Position numbers and translations under genes: made by a program. A stretch of 64,000 bases of DNA, from the IMG/VR virus record IMGVR_UViG_3300048609_000068, positions 11,412 to 75,411 of that record; one strand, 5' to 3'. Under the pieces are notes generated by a model. It was given only the letters and a program-made list of their open reading frames with translations. It did no database searches and had not been told where the DNA came from. This stretch comes from a virus. Its lineage: Duplodnaviria > Caudoviricetes. Shown piece by piece: positions 18,020 through 28,355 of the stretch; within the stretch, counting starts at the first letter, position 1; each line of letters starts with the position of its first letter.

Positions 18020-19594
18020 ATGAGAAAGCTATTTTGGACACTTGTAGCCCTTTGCGTTTGTAGCGTTGCTTACGGGCAAGCCACGCAGCAAGTTTATTCG
18101 CGAATCCGGGATGCAACCAACACGGTTGCAGTGTCTGCTGTTGGACAGCTCACGCTCACGATGCCAGTCACGACGTATGCACTGGCTGTAGCTTCTGGAG
18201 TTTATTATTATGACGGAGTCAATCTCAGGCGTTGGTCTGGATCGACCCTGGGATCGGATAATGTTGTCGCTACCACGTATGCACCTTACTCCATGGCGTT
18301 TGGTTATTCTTATGATGGGGCTGCGTGGGATCGGATCACGTCAACAACGGCAGCGGATAATTTATCGTCTACGCAGCAGGGGCTGAACACCCTGAGTTAT
18401 AATTTATTTTACAATGGAACGAATTACCAGCGTTGGACAGGTGTTGCAACACATGCCGATGCTGTTCCAAAGACGACGCCTTCTCCGTGGGTAGGGAACT
18501 TCAACTACGTCCTTCATGGCGTAACGTGGGATATGCAGACGGCTTCGACATCGGCGGACAACCTGTCTGCAACGCCACAGGGGATTGACAGTATTAGTTA
18601 TACGCATTTCTTCTCATCGGATGGAGTTCCAGCGTTCAGAAGATGGACGGGATTGGTGACGCAGGTTGATGCCCTCACGAATGCGACGGCTGCACCTTTC
18701 GTTGCGAACTTGTCTTACGTCTTGCATGGAAGCACATGGGACAGGATGACCGCCATTACGTCTGCGGATAACATCTCCGCGACGCCACAGGGACTTGAAG
18801 TGATTGATTACATGCATTACTTCAACGGGACGAATCATCAAAGATGGACTGGAGAGACATGGGATTCTGGTTTGGCGATTACGAATGCGCCACCTGTGAT
18901 TGCTCTTTCTTCATTTTATAATGGATCCAACGGGCAGTATCTTCAAGGATCGAAACTCGATGGTGAAACTGTAGCCAACTCCACTTACGCTCCGCATGGA
19001 AAGAACTTCTTATATGGATATGACGCTACGGCAGCTACTTGGCGCTGGATAAACGCGGCAGATTCTCAGGCTGATGGTAAGGCTACAACATTAAATGCAC
19101 TGGATACTACCTCGTTTCTCTATGCATATAATGCTGGCTCTGCTGCATTTAATATGCTTAGGTTGGGTGCATACAATGAATTGTACGTTACAGATGTTGC
19201 TGTGAGGCCAGGGGAGGATCCGGCCAATGATTTTGTCAAGGTAAAAATCGATGCGGTTGGGACTACTGCGCCCGACGCTACTGTAGGGACTGCCGTTACT
19301 GGTGGCGCCGGTCTTACGATTGTTCTTGCCAGCCGTGATGTTTCTCAAGATATCAATTGGTGCATTTACCTTAAGAACACAGACGGGGTTGATCCGTTTA
19401 CTAATGCGGAAGTAGAAACTTCACCGGATAATGCGGTTTTTTCGAGCTTGGGTTGGTTTAGCTGTGATACATTGGCTGCTGGCGCTGTGTGCAATTTTTG
19501 CACTTCAGGATCGGCCTATAAATATGTTCGTGCAAGAGTTGCCAGTGCAAACGATGTTACGGTAACCTCTTATTTCTTTGGTAATCGTAATTAG
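18020..19594 (+). CDS. Fibre-like repeat protein with predicted signal peptide
   Basis: N-terminus MRKLFWTLVALCVCSVAYG-Q; three or more ~65-aa repeats (WDRxTSxxxADNLSxTxQGL..SY.....RWTG); C-terminal domain paralogous to 20143..20733. Confidence 0.65.
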   Translation: MRKLFWTLVALCVCSVAYGQATQQVYSRIRDATNTVAVSAVGQLTLTMPVTTYALAVASGVYYYDGVNLRRWSGSTLGSDNVVATTYAPYSMAFGYSYDGAAWDRITSTTAADNLSSTQQGLNTLSYNLFYNGTNYQRWTGVATHADAVPKTTPSPWVGNFNYVLHGVTWDMQTASTSADNLSATPQGIDSISYTHFFSSDGVPAFRRWTGLVTQVDALTNATAAPFVANLSYVLHGSTWDRMTAITSADNISATPQGLEVIDYMHYFNGTNHQRWTGETWDSGLAITNAPPVIALSSFYNGSNGQYLQGSKLDGETVANSTYAPHGKNFLYGYDATAATWRWINAADSQADGKATTLNALDTTSFLYAYNAGSAAFNMLRLGAYNELYVTDVAVRPGEDPANDFVKVKIDAVGTTAPDATVGTAVTGGAGLTIVLASRDVSQDINWCIYLKNTDGVDPFTNAEVETSPDNAVFSSLGWFSCDTLAAGAVCNFCTSGSAYKYVRARVASANDVTVTSYFFGNRN

Positions 19595-19714
19595 CTAAAT
19601 ATTTTCAAGTTACGATGTATCATCGAAAGCAATACAAAAAATTTGAAACTGATTCACAAAAATAATTGTATATAGGATTAGACCAGTAGATGATCAAAAA
19701 TAGAGAGGTGACAA

Positions 19715-20131
19715 ATGCCTTTTCCTGTGGATAACTTTTCTTATATTAACTCCATCTGGCTCCCGCGTGTCCGTTACCTCCAAAGTGTTCGGACAGACTT
19801 TTCAGACGCCGGTGCTGTGACGCTTGCGACTGTGACGGGATCGGTTGAAATCGAACGCATTATTATCAAGTCAACCGCAGTGACGACGGTCAATCTGACG
19901 AGTGTTGCTTGCACGGGTGGATCGGCAGATGTGGTGACATTCATCGATGCGATTAGCGGTGCCAGAGCAAATATAGCAGCAGCAGATCAACAGGTGGTGT
20001 GGCAAGGAAGCGTTGAGCTTGGAAATGCTGCATTGATCCGTTTGACATTTGTCGGTGGTGGGCACACGGCGGTTGCATTGTTGGCAACGATCCGCTACCG
20101 CGCAATTACTTCTGGCGCTGGTTTGGCGTAA
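19715..20131 (+). CDS. Virion beta-sandwich protein, paralog of 23478..23900
   Basis: Aligns end to end with 23478 ORF (LATV...V.IE..I.K.T.VTT..L.SVA...FID...GA..N...AD.QV.W.GS.ELG.A...TI.YR......GLA). Confidence 0.65.
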   Translation: MPFPVDNFSYINSIWLPRVRYLQSVRTDFSDAGAVTLATVTGSVEIERIIIKSTAVTTVNLTSVACTGGSADVVTFIDAISGARANIAAADQQVVWQGSVELGNAALIRLTFVGGGHTAVALLATIRYRAITSGAGLA

Positions 20132-20142
20132 GGAGATAAATT

Positions 20143-20733
20143 ATGGGTTCACAGCAAGATGGACGGACGCTAGTCAATATTTCCATTGACGACTTGGTGT
20201 CTCTTGCGCTGGTCGCTATCAAAGGAGTTGATGGCGTAGCGTCAGGGACTGGGTTGGCCCGTATCGGTGGCACGGACGGCACCTTAGATCAAATTCTGAG
20301 CATGGATTCTTCTGGTCATCCTGTCACGAACAGAAACTGGACGATTGCAGGGGAGGATATCGTCAACAGTTGGACCACCACGCGGATTGGCGCCCATGTG
20401 GTGTTGACTGGAACTGCTGCGGTGGCGGTCAACGGGGCAGCGGTAGAAGTGATGCCGTCCGTGGACGTGAGTTATTACGAAGAAGTCAGCATCAATATTT
20501 ACAATATTGGGAATCCTTTAACAAACTGCATCGTATCTGGATCGAACGACAACACCCGTTGGGTGTCTTTGATTCCGATCTATGGAGTGCTGGAGACCGC
20601 GTGCATTACATTAGCAAGTGGTCTTGCTGGGTGTGCGTGGTTGAGCACTGGATTTCCGTTCAAATATGTCAAGCTTCAATGTTCTTCTGGTGCTGCAACG
20701 TCGGTGACTTATTATTTTTACGCCAGGACGTGA
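20143..20733 (+). CDS. Virion protein sharing its C-terminal domain with 18020..19594
   Basis: Both end DVS......IY....P.TN..V..S.DN....SL...C.TLA.G.......YKYV....S.....VT.YF. Confidence 0.6.
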   Translation: MGSQQDGRTLVNISIDDLVSLALVAIKGVDGVASGTGLARIGGTDGTLDQILSMDSSGHPVTNRNWTIAGEDIVNSWTTTRIGAHVVLTGTAAVAVNGAAVEVMPSVDVSYYEEVSINIYNIGNPLTNCIVSGSNDNTRWVSLIPIYGVLETACITLASGLAGCAWLSTGFPFKYVKLQCSSGAATSVTYYFYART

Positions 20734-20742
20734 GAGGAAGCC

Positions 20743-23397
20743 ATGGCATTAGAAAATGTGCTTCATGCGCCTTTGATTGGAGTGCGGACTTCTTTTGTAG
20801 GTCTATGGACCGTCTGTGAATATTCCAATATTACAAATGCTGCGGGCGACCTTATTGACACAAGTGGTTCTTTCACTTGGCCCAATGGAACAGTGAAGGC
20901 TCAGCATAATCTAACGGCAGCAGGAGCACCAGGGCAGGTAAACACTTCCATTATGAAGAACGACGGGAACCTGGCACAAGCAAGGTCGTTTAACGGGTCT
21001 ACACAAATATATGATAAGGCGTATCATTCTAACTTTGCTATACTAGCTGGCAATGTTACAGCAACAGTGGTTTTTTCTCACGCACATTCCGATGCTACTA
21101 TTAGGCCAGTTTGGGGTAATAACTCTGGAAACACCGGTTTATACGGAAGAGTAAATACTGGAGGATATTCTGTAGTTGTTGGTGTTGGAACTGGTCAGGT
21201 AGCAGTAGGTTGGACATCTGGAACTACAGGTGATTCAAAATATCACGTAGGTCAGTTTGTCAAGATTGGTAATGTAGGATATGTTATAGTTGATGGTGTA
21301 AAATCTGTTGGAGTAAACCTTACAGGAGCTACAAGTAGCGCAGTTGGTTTTGCTCTTGGTGCACTTAGACAAGGTTCTTCTAATACCTTTGCTGGCAATG
21401 TTCCTTACTTCCGTCTCGACGCAGAAGCACTCTCTGATGAGGTGTTAGAATTCCAATGGATGTGCCTTTTAGGTGCTGCTACCTATAGTCCTTCTTATGC
21501 ACCAGTTTTATATACTCGCGCGGCTAATTCAAATGCATTATCATCTTACAAACAAATCTTAGGTAAGTTATATCAAGTCGCGGCAAATAATCCAAGAGTA
21601 GGTACTGATAGTCTGTTGATAGAAGAGACAAGAACTAACTATTGGACGTATTCGCAGGCATATACAGGTTGGGGTTTGGCAAATCTAACGATGCCGAGTG
21701 TGAATAATCCAAGCCCAGACCCAAATTCAAATACTGCTGCAATATTACACGAATCTGGTGCTGGAGACGTAGCTCACCAATTCGCCCCAGGTAGTTCACT
21801 ACCATGGATTGCTAATGAAAAGAATACAGGTTCATTATATATAAAATCTATCAACCGTAGTTGGGTATATATCAGAATCTATTCCGCAACCCTGGGTTTC
21901 AGTTATACTTGGTTCAACATAACAATCGGAAAAGTTGGAACAAAAGCGGCAAGTCATGCTGCAAGAATAACACCATTGGCAGATGGTTGGTTCCGAATTG
22001 AGGTAACTCTATCTACTGGTGTAAATGAAAATGTTGGGTTTTCTTTCTTTGTAGCCTCGGCGGATAATACACTAACATTTGATGCAGGAGCAGGGCAAGA
22101 TTCTATCTATGTTTGGCAACCACAACACGAAGTAGGAGCACACGCAACAAGTCCAATCCTTACAACAACAGCCGTCGCAAGTCGTTCTGCCGATGACTAC
22201 ACACTTAGGCCCTGGGAACTAAACACTGCTCTTCTGTTAGGTTCTGAAACTTGGTATACAACTTTTGAACAAGACGTGGCAAGTTTAGGTACTGTATCAT
22301 TAGGTGGCAAAACTTTTACTCAAGCGGGCGACGTAAAACACGTTAGAATGCCTGACTTGAAACACTATTACGACTTTGACGGAACAGGGGATTATCTAAG
22401 TATAGCAGACAATTCTTTCAACCCTGCGGGAAGTTTTAGTGTAGTTATGGCTATTACTCCTTCTGTTTTGACTGCAGCAACTACTTACTATACTGCTTCC
22501 AAACTCGGTGCTGTTGGTAACCGAGGATGGTCGTTATGGGCATATGGGACATCTGTTTATATTGATATTTCAAAGGATGGAACTACTCAGAATAACATAT
22601 CCAAAGCATCTGCATTGACTGTTGGTAAAACAAGTCTTATAACTGCTACCTATACATATAGTGGACATCCTGATTTGACAGATAGCAGGTTGGATATTTA
22701 TGTTGATGATTTAGTGGTTGCTTCTAAGACAGATTGTGTTGGCCCAGTATTTTCGTCAACTGCATCTTTTCAGATAGCAACTGTCGGTGGCTCAAATTCC
22801 CTAAACGGCAAACTCCACTTCCTCTCCTTCCACAACGGAACTGTGTTGACCCAAGCACAGCACAACGAACTCTATGCCAGGATGAAGACTGGAGGTATAT
22901 TACCACTCACAATATCTTCCGCGAGTTATTATAAAAAACTGTTGATAGAATTTGAGGCTAAGGCGTTATATTCAAGTTCTGCTGATATAGGAATGACAAG
23001 ATCTCTTTTGTCTATTGCAGGAATGACAGGTATTGTTGATGGTGAACACTCTGCGGAAATAGATAGAAATGTTATCCATGTCCTAATAAATAGTCAGGGA
23101 AAGACATATGTATTCACTTATGATAAGGATACAACAAGTAGATATCTTGCCTCTGCCGCAAATTATGTATCTTGGTCTTCTTGGCATAAGTATCAGGTAT
23201 ATCTTGATACTGCTAATTTGGCCAACTCGTATCTGAAAATAGATGGTGTCAATATTACAACTGAAACGTCGGCAAACTGGACGGGTGCTACAACATTCTA
23301 TTTAGAGAATACTAAAATTCGGCTTGGACAGAATTACGCAGGAGTAGTAAGTAGTAATGCTAATCTTAGAAACATAAGGATCGCCTGTGATACATAA
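20743..23397 (+). CDS. LamG/concanavalin-A lectin fibre protein A (no signal peptide)
   Basis: Two LamG-like domains (RSFNG, KYHVG, FDGTGDYL, F.G.L) flanking a head-fibre-type domain (LIEETRTNY..YSQ..W); paralog of B and C. Confidence 0.7.
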   Translation: MALENVLHAPLIGVRTSFVGLWTVCEYSNITNAAGDLIDTSGSFTWPNGTVKAQHNLTAAGAPGQVNTSIMKNDGNLAQARSFNGSTQIYDKAYHSNFAILAGNVTATVVFSHAHSDATIRPVWGNNSGNTGLYGRVNTGGYSVVVGVGTGQVAVGWTSGTTGDSKYHVGQFVKIGNVGYVIVDGVKSVGVNLTGATSSAVGFALGALRQGSSNTFAGNVPYFRLDAEALSDEVLEFQWMCLLGAATYSPSYAPVLYTRAANSNALSSYKQILGKLYQVAANNPRVGTDSLLIEETRTNYWTYSQAYTGWGLANLTMPSVNNPSPDPNSNTAAILHESGAGDVAHQFAPGSSLPWIANEKNTGSLYIKSINRSWVYIRIYSATLGFSYTWFNITIGKVGTKAASHAARITPLADGWFRIEVTLSTGVNENVGFSFFVASADNTLTFDAGAGQDSIYVWQPQHEVGAHATSPILTTTAVASRSADDYTLRPWELNTALLLGSETWYTTFEQDVASLGTVSLGGKTFTQAGDVKHVRMPDLKHYYDFDGTGDYLSIADNSFNPAGSFSVVMAITPSVLTAATTYYTASKLGAVGNRGWSLWAYGTSVYIDISKDGTTQNNISKASALTVGKTSLITATYTYSGHPDLTDSRLDIYVDDLVVASKTDCVGPVFSSTASFQIATVGGSNSLNGKLHFLSFHNGTVLTQAQHNELYARMKTGGILPLTISSASYYKKLLIEFEAKALYSSSADIGMTRSLLSIAGMTGIVDGEHSAEIDRNVIHVLINSQGKTYVFTYDKDTTSRYLASAANYVSWSSWHKYQVYLDTANLANSYLKIDGVNITTETSANWTGATTFYLENTKIRLGQNYAGVVSSNANLRNIRIACDT

Positions 23398-23477
23398 AGG
23401 TTTGCTCAGAACGCAGCAGGAACCGTTACCTTAGACGGGAACTTAGCGAACGAATTTGTCACGAATAGGAGAATGTC

Positions 23478-23900
23478 ATGTCGATTCAAATAAACGGAAT
23501 TGAAAAATCTGAGTCGAACCAGCTCACCCGCGCTCGTTTTCTTCAGGTTCCAGTCACCGCCGCTGCCAATGCTGCCAATGTTCTGCTGGCAACTGTCGGT
23601 GCAGGAACGGTTGTCCGCATTGAAGGTGTGATTGTTAAAACCACCGGCGTTACGACGATGGACCTTTCGAGTGTGGCTATCCGTGCAGGCGCGGCAAAGG
23701 TTTTTGTGTTTATTGACAATACCGTGGGTGCAAAAGTCAACCTTGACGTTGCAGACGAGCAAGTAGCATGGATTGGATCTGCAGAACTTGGCGCTGCATC
23801 CACAATTTATATGGACTTGACTGGAGGTGACGCCACACCTGTAGCAATGCTCGTAACGATATTTTATAGAGTGGTATCAGGCGTGAACGGTTTGGCGTAA
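23478..23900 (+). CDS. Virion beta-sandwich protein, paralog of 19715..20131
   Basis: See 19715; AGGAG SD. Confidence 0.65.
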   Translation: MSIQINGIEKSESNQLTRARFLQVPVTAAANAANVLLATVGAGTVVRIEGVIVKTTGVTTMDLSSVAIRAGAAKVFVFIDNTVGAKVNLDVADEQVAWIGSAELGAASTIYMDLTGGDATPVAMLVTIFYRVVSGVNGLA

Positions 23901-23919
23901 TCCCTGGAGGAGAGCTACC

Positions 23920-24339
23920 ATGGACTATTTATGTGGCCGGAACGTTGTCGAGAAGAACCTCAGTTCTGCTACCTACGTTGCCCCTGACTTGTTAGACGGT
24001 ATTGCGATTGCCGCTGTGGATGATGTGAGCGCATGGAGTCTGGGGGCTCCTGCTACCATTACAGGAGTTCCAGCGGCTGGTTCCGGTGCGTATAACATTT
24101 GCGGAATTTTCATCTACGCTATCAATATGATTGGTGATTACCAAATAAAGATCTATGATGATGCCGTATTCGTTGCGTCCAAGGTATTCTACAAGAAATC
24201 TGTGACATCGGACGACTACACGGAGTTGATTGTAACAACACCAATCATTGCATCGGGTAGCGTGATCACGGCATGTTTGGCTGCGTCGGATAACAATGGA
24301 TGCACTGCCAAGATCAAAGTTTATTATCGATATCTATAA
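23920..24339 (+). CDS. Hypothetical beta-rich virion protein
   Basis: GGAGG SD; 139 aa. Confidence 0.55.
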   Translation: MDYLCGRNVVEKNLSSATYVAPDLLDGIAIAAVDDVSAWSLGAPATITGVPAAGSGAYNICGIFIYAINMIGDYQIKIYDDAVFVASKVFYKKSVTSDDYTELIVTTPIIASGSVITACLAASDNNGCTAKIKVYYRYL

Positions 24340-24410
24340 GGGATCCGCATGGCAAAATACTATATTTTGTGTTGCGCTTTGCCGATGCCTATCGTACACG
24401 AGGGTATGGT

Positions 24411-27400
24411 ATGTCGAAAATATTTTTCCTTCTGACATTGCTGTTTAGTTTATTTTTGAACGCTGCAGAAAATAGCGTCATCAAAGCTCCGTTCTCGGGG
24501 TCTGATTATAAACATCTGACTAAAAATTCTAGTATCTTGGAGATCTGGGGAGACGTTGACGCTTCGGGGAGTTTGATCGATCATTCTGGAGAGAACCTGT
24601 TTGCCTATTCAGAAGACTTTACGCAGGCAGGAACGTGGGCCACATCGAATGCAACGTTGACTGGGAATGCTTACCAGAATCCCTTCAATGGATTGTTGAC
24701 GGCTGATGCACTGAATGAAGGGGCTGCTGCAGCAACGACACACTATATTTCCCAAAGTGTGTCCGTGACGAGCGGTAGGATCTACACGCTGAGTTTATAT
24801 GTAACGTCCATCCAGCAGACGGATCCAGCGAAGACGCGAGGGTGGATTGCACTGGGTCCAAACGCTGGGGCGTCCATGGCTTATTTCAACCTGGACACAT
24901 GCACGGTTGGAACGACGTCTACCGTGATCAGCACTTCCGCGAAAGCTGTTTATCCTGATTGGTGTAAGGTCGCAGTCCGGTTTGCAGCTACGTCCACAGC
25001 ATCCGTAGCGCAGCGGATCTACGTTGCGGAGACTGATAATGACGTTACGTTCGATGGCGGAACACAAGTTGCTTATGGGATCTTCGGCGCTCAATTTGTG
25101 GACAACACGGACAATGTGATTGCGGACATGGGGAGATACGTTGCTACGGGTGCCGCGTCAAAACCTCGGTTGGACCTTTCGCCGACGAACGCTCCTACGT
25201 TGCATACGTCCAGGTTGCAAACATCGGATAATCGGTTTTGGCAAGGACGGACGTTCAATGGAACGACGCAATACTATTCAAAACTACATCACGATGCGAT
25301 GAATATATTCGATGGAGATTTTACTATAACGGTAGTGCTCAAACAGCCAACAACGGCAGCAGCTACAGATCATGTTTTTTCACATGGTTCTGCAGGTGTA
25401 AATGGATGCACTCTTTACAATGCAGTAACATATTCTGCTTTGCAACTTGATAATAGTGGCTTATCTCCGGCGTCAAGAACTGCAGCAGTATCAGCAACTT
25501 GGAACGATGACAAATACCACGTTCTTCAGGGGGTAAGAAGAGGTAATATTTCTTTTGTTTCTGCAGATGGAAATAGAAGTTCTGGTAAGGATGTTACAAA
25601 TTATGGAGTAGATGGATCAAACATAGTCTACCTAAGCGGCTCGTCTCCTCTTGAAGGTTCCATTCTTTATTTTCGGTTAGATGCTTCTGCGCTTACGGAT
25701 ACAGAATTAGAAACAGACCGACAGCTTTTGATGGGCTATGGGATGGGGCAGCCCAAACAGACAAATGTAGGGTTCTCCAGAGCATCAGCTGGCTATGTGA
25801 CGCTGTTCGACAACACGCTGGCACAGCGCATGGCGGGTCTTCCTCGGGTTGGTCGGGATGGACTGCTCATTGAAGGGACGGCGACTAACTTACAAAGATA
25901 TAGCCAAGCGTTCAATAGTTGGGCAGTTCTTTCTGATCTGACTGTTCCTACTACAAATGCAGCAAGTCCTGATCCTAACTCAAATACTGCTTGTGTTCTA
26001 CACGAAAGCGGTGTTGGTAGCATCGCACATTTTATTCAAGATACTAATAGTAGTGGACTAACTGCTGGTGCAGTACATACATACTCAGTTAGACTCAAAC
26101 CAATAAATAGAAATTGGGTACTGTTGCGTGCGAAAGACCCAGCTTCTCCTACTCGCACTTGCTATTTTAATATTTCAACTGGAAAAGTTGGAACTGCATT
26201 AAATTGTACTGGACGTATAGAACCGAAAGCAGATGGGTACTATAAGTGTTCAATTACGTTTACTCAAACAGTAGGGCAAACCACTTCTGAACAGTTTATT
26301 TATATTGCAGAAGCAGACGGTGATATTACATTTGATGCTGGTGCTGGCCAAGACAGTCTCTATGTCTGGGGATCTCAATTAGAGTTAGGTTCCCATCCAA
26401 CGACTTATATTCCCACGACCACTGGAAGCGCCACTCGCTTGGCGGATAATCTTACGATGCGTCCTTGGAAGTTGACTCCGAATGTAAGAACCGGAACAGA
26501 GACGTGGTGGACGACCTTTGATCAAGACGTGGCGTCCACAGGAACCGTGGTGCTTGGAGGAAAGACCTTTACACAAGCGGGGGATACGAAACACGTTCAG
26601 ACTTCGGACTTGTCGAATTATTACGACTTTGATGGGACAGGGGATTACCTTAGTATAGCAGATAATACCTTTGATCAGACAGGATCTTTTAGTTTAGTAT
26701 TTGCAGTTACACCTAGTAACCTTACTGGGAATCATTATATATGTTCCAAAGGAACTACGCCAGGAGAAAAAAGATGGTATATATATTTATCTTCAGACTC
26801 TGTAATTTTATCGCTTTCATCCGATGGAACAACAGTCGTTTCTTTGACTAAAGCAACGGCTTGTTCCATTGGTAAAACTTCAATAGTTACTACAGCCTAT
26901 GATAATATTACTCATACAGGTAGTATCTGGGTTGATGACTTGGCTGTTGCAAGCCGAAGTGATTTTACGGGAGTAATAGCAGATCCTGCTAAAAATTTCT
27001 CCATAGGTTCAGGGGATGGTGGCGGAAGTCCATTTGCAGGTAAGTTTCATTTCTTGGGAATCCATACAGGTACTGCCCTAACTCAAACTCAACACGATAC
27101 TGCCTTCAACAACATGAAAGAATCCGCGATTACCCCTCTCGTCCTTTCTAATATAGCTCCAGCGACCTATACGTCCATCGAATTCGACGCCAAGTGTGAG
27201 TGGAACTCCAGCACCGACATTGGCGTTGCGAGAACCTTCTTGGAGCTCTCTGGAAACACCGGTCTTGCTGGTTCAGCTAAACTTGCAGCGACCAACAGGA
27301 ACAGACTCATCTTATCTACAAACGCCAGCGCCACGCTCACGACATCTTTAGCTGACAGCACGGCGACTGCACATTCGATTGGATCAGCGATTTCCAATTC

Positions 27401-27638
27401 GACAACTTATGGTTCTTGGCATCATTATAAGATCTACTGGTCATGCGCGGATCTCTCTGGAACGTATCTTGAAGTGGACGGTCTCACGACGGGTTACACG
27501 ACAGCAACGGCCATGACTGGAACCTGCACGCTAAACAACCACAACACGACGCTCCGTCTTGGATCGATCTTTGATGACACCTTATTAAATTCTCCTGACT
27601 GCTCTTTCAAAAATTTCAGAATAAGGTATGGGCAATAA
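24411..27638 (+). CDS. LamG lectin fibre protein B with predicted signal peptide
   Basis: Start at ATG 24411 (GAGGGT SD); MSKIFFLLTLLFSLFLNA-AE; two fibre-type domains (ENLFAYSEDF; IEGTATNLQRYSQAF) and two LamG domains. Confidence 0.7.
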   Translation: MSKIFFLLTLLFSLFLNAAENSVIKAPFSGSDYKHLTKNSSILEIWGDVDASGSLIDHSGENLFAYSEDFTQAGTWATSNATLTGNAYQNPFNGLLTADALNEGAAAATTHYISQSVSVTSGRIYTLSLYVTSIQQTDPAKTRGWIALGPNAGASMAYFNLDTCTVGTTSTVISTSAKAVYPDWCKVAVRFAATSTASVAQRIYVAETDNDVTFDGGTQVAYGIFGAQFVDNTDNVIADMGRYVATGAASKPRLDLSPTNAPTLHTSRLQTSDNRFWQGRTFNGTTQYYSKLHHDAMNIFDGDFTITVVLKQPTTAAATDHVFSHGSAGVNGCTLYNAVTYSALQLDNSGLSPASRTAAVSATWNDDKYHVLQGVRRGNISFVSADGNRSSGKDVTNYGVDGSNIVYLSGSSPLEGSILYFRLDASALTDTELETDRQLLMGYGMGQPKQTNVGFSRASAGYVTLFDNTLAQRMAGLPRVGRDGLLIEGTATNLQRYSQAFNSWAVLSDLTVPTTNAASPDPNSNTACVLHESGVGSIAHFIQDTNSSGLTAGAVHTYSVRLKPINRNWVLLRAKDPASPTRTCYFNISTGKVGTALNCTGRIEPKADGYYKCSITFTQTVGQTTSEQFIYIAEADGDITFDAGAGQDSLYVWGSQLELGSHPTTYIPTTTGSATRLADNLTMRPWKLTPNVRTGTETWWTTFDQDVASTGTVVLGGKTFTQAGDTKHVQTSDLSNYYDFDGTGDYLSIADNTFDQTGSFSLVFAVTPSNLTGNHYICSKGTTPGEKRWYIYLSSDSVILSLSSDGTTVVSLTKATACSIGKTSIVTTAYDNITHTGSIWVDDLAVASRSDFTGVIADPAKNFSIGSGDGGGSPFAGKFHFLGIHTGTALTQTQHDTAFNNMKESAITPLVLSNIAPATYTSIEFDAKCEWNSSTDIGVARTFLELSGNTGLAGSAKLAATNRNRLILSTNASATLTTSLADSTATAHSIGSAISNSTTYGSWHHYKIYWSCADLSGTYLEVDGLTTGYTTATAMTGTCTLNNHNTTLRLGSIFDDTLLNSPDCSFKNFRIRYGQ

Positions 27639-28355
27639 ATGGATAGAACTAAACTGATCCTGATTGGAGCCCTCGTCCTCGGCGGGGGCGTTGGAGTTTA
27701 TGAGCTATTGGGTGGAGAAGAGAAGATCCCGATCTATGAGTATCAAGTTGTCCCGAAAGCATACCTCCACGCTACCAAGGGAAAGTATGTCCGCATTGTT
27801 TCAAATACGCAAGACATAAGCAAGGCGCCGATGAACACGGATGTTGGCAGGGTCACGCTCTTGACTGGAAGTGTCCCTGCTGACGCGCTCTGCGAGGTTG
27901 TCTTCGCGGCTCCTTCCATCAAAGACAAGAACACGAACATGGATATGACGGACGTGCCTGAGCTTGCTCCTTATTGGCAGAAGGCTGGGATGTCCAATCC
28001 GCAAATGGTGGCTCCTGGCAAAGTGGATTTGAATCCGATCTGGTGGACGGTCCTGCAAGGGGAGGGTTGTATTCGTGCGGTTGACTACATTGGTTATTTT
28101 GGTTCTTCCATCAAGGAGTTCTTATCCCTTGGTGAAGAGACTAAAGGGAGATTCCTGAAGACGTACAATGCGAATAAGGAGATTGTTCCCTATGGGGATA
28201 AAGATGCGGATCCGACTGCCGAAGTATTTGCTCCATTCGGTGTGTTTGGAAGAGAGAGGGATCTTGATTTTGAGACGGTGAAGGAAGGGAACGTGATTCC
28301 TAAGTATCAGATTCCTGAAGGTGGGTTTGCAGAATTGGAAGAGGTGGAGCCGTGA
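27639..28355 (+). CDS. Hypothetical protein with N-terminal signal anchor
   Basis: MDRTKLILIGALVLGGGVGVYELL hydrophobic N-terminus. Confidence 0.6.
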   Translation: MDRTKLILIGALVLGGGVGVYELLGGEEKIPIYEYQVVPKAYLHATKGKYVRIVSNTQDISKAPMNTDVGRVTLLTGSVPADALCEVVFAAPSIKDKNTNMDMTDVPELAPYWQKAGMSNPQMVAPGKVDLNPIWWTVLQGEGCIRAVDYIGYFGSSIKEFLSLGEETKGRFLKTYNANKEIVPYGDKDADPTAEVFAPFGVFGRERDLDFETVKEGNVIPKYQIPEGGFAELEEVEP

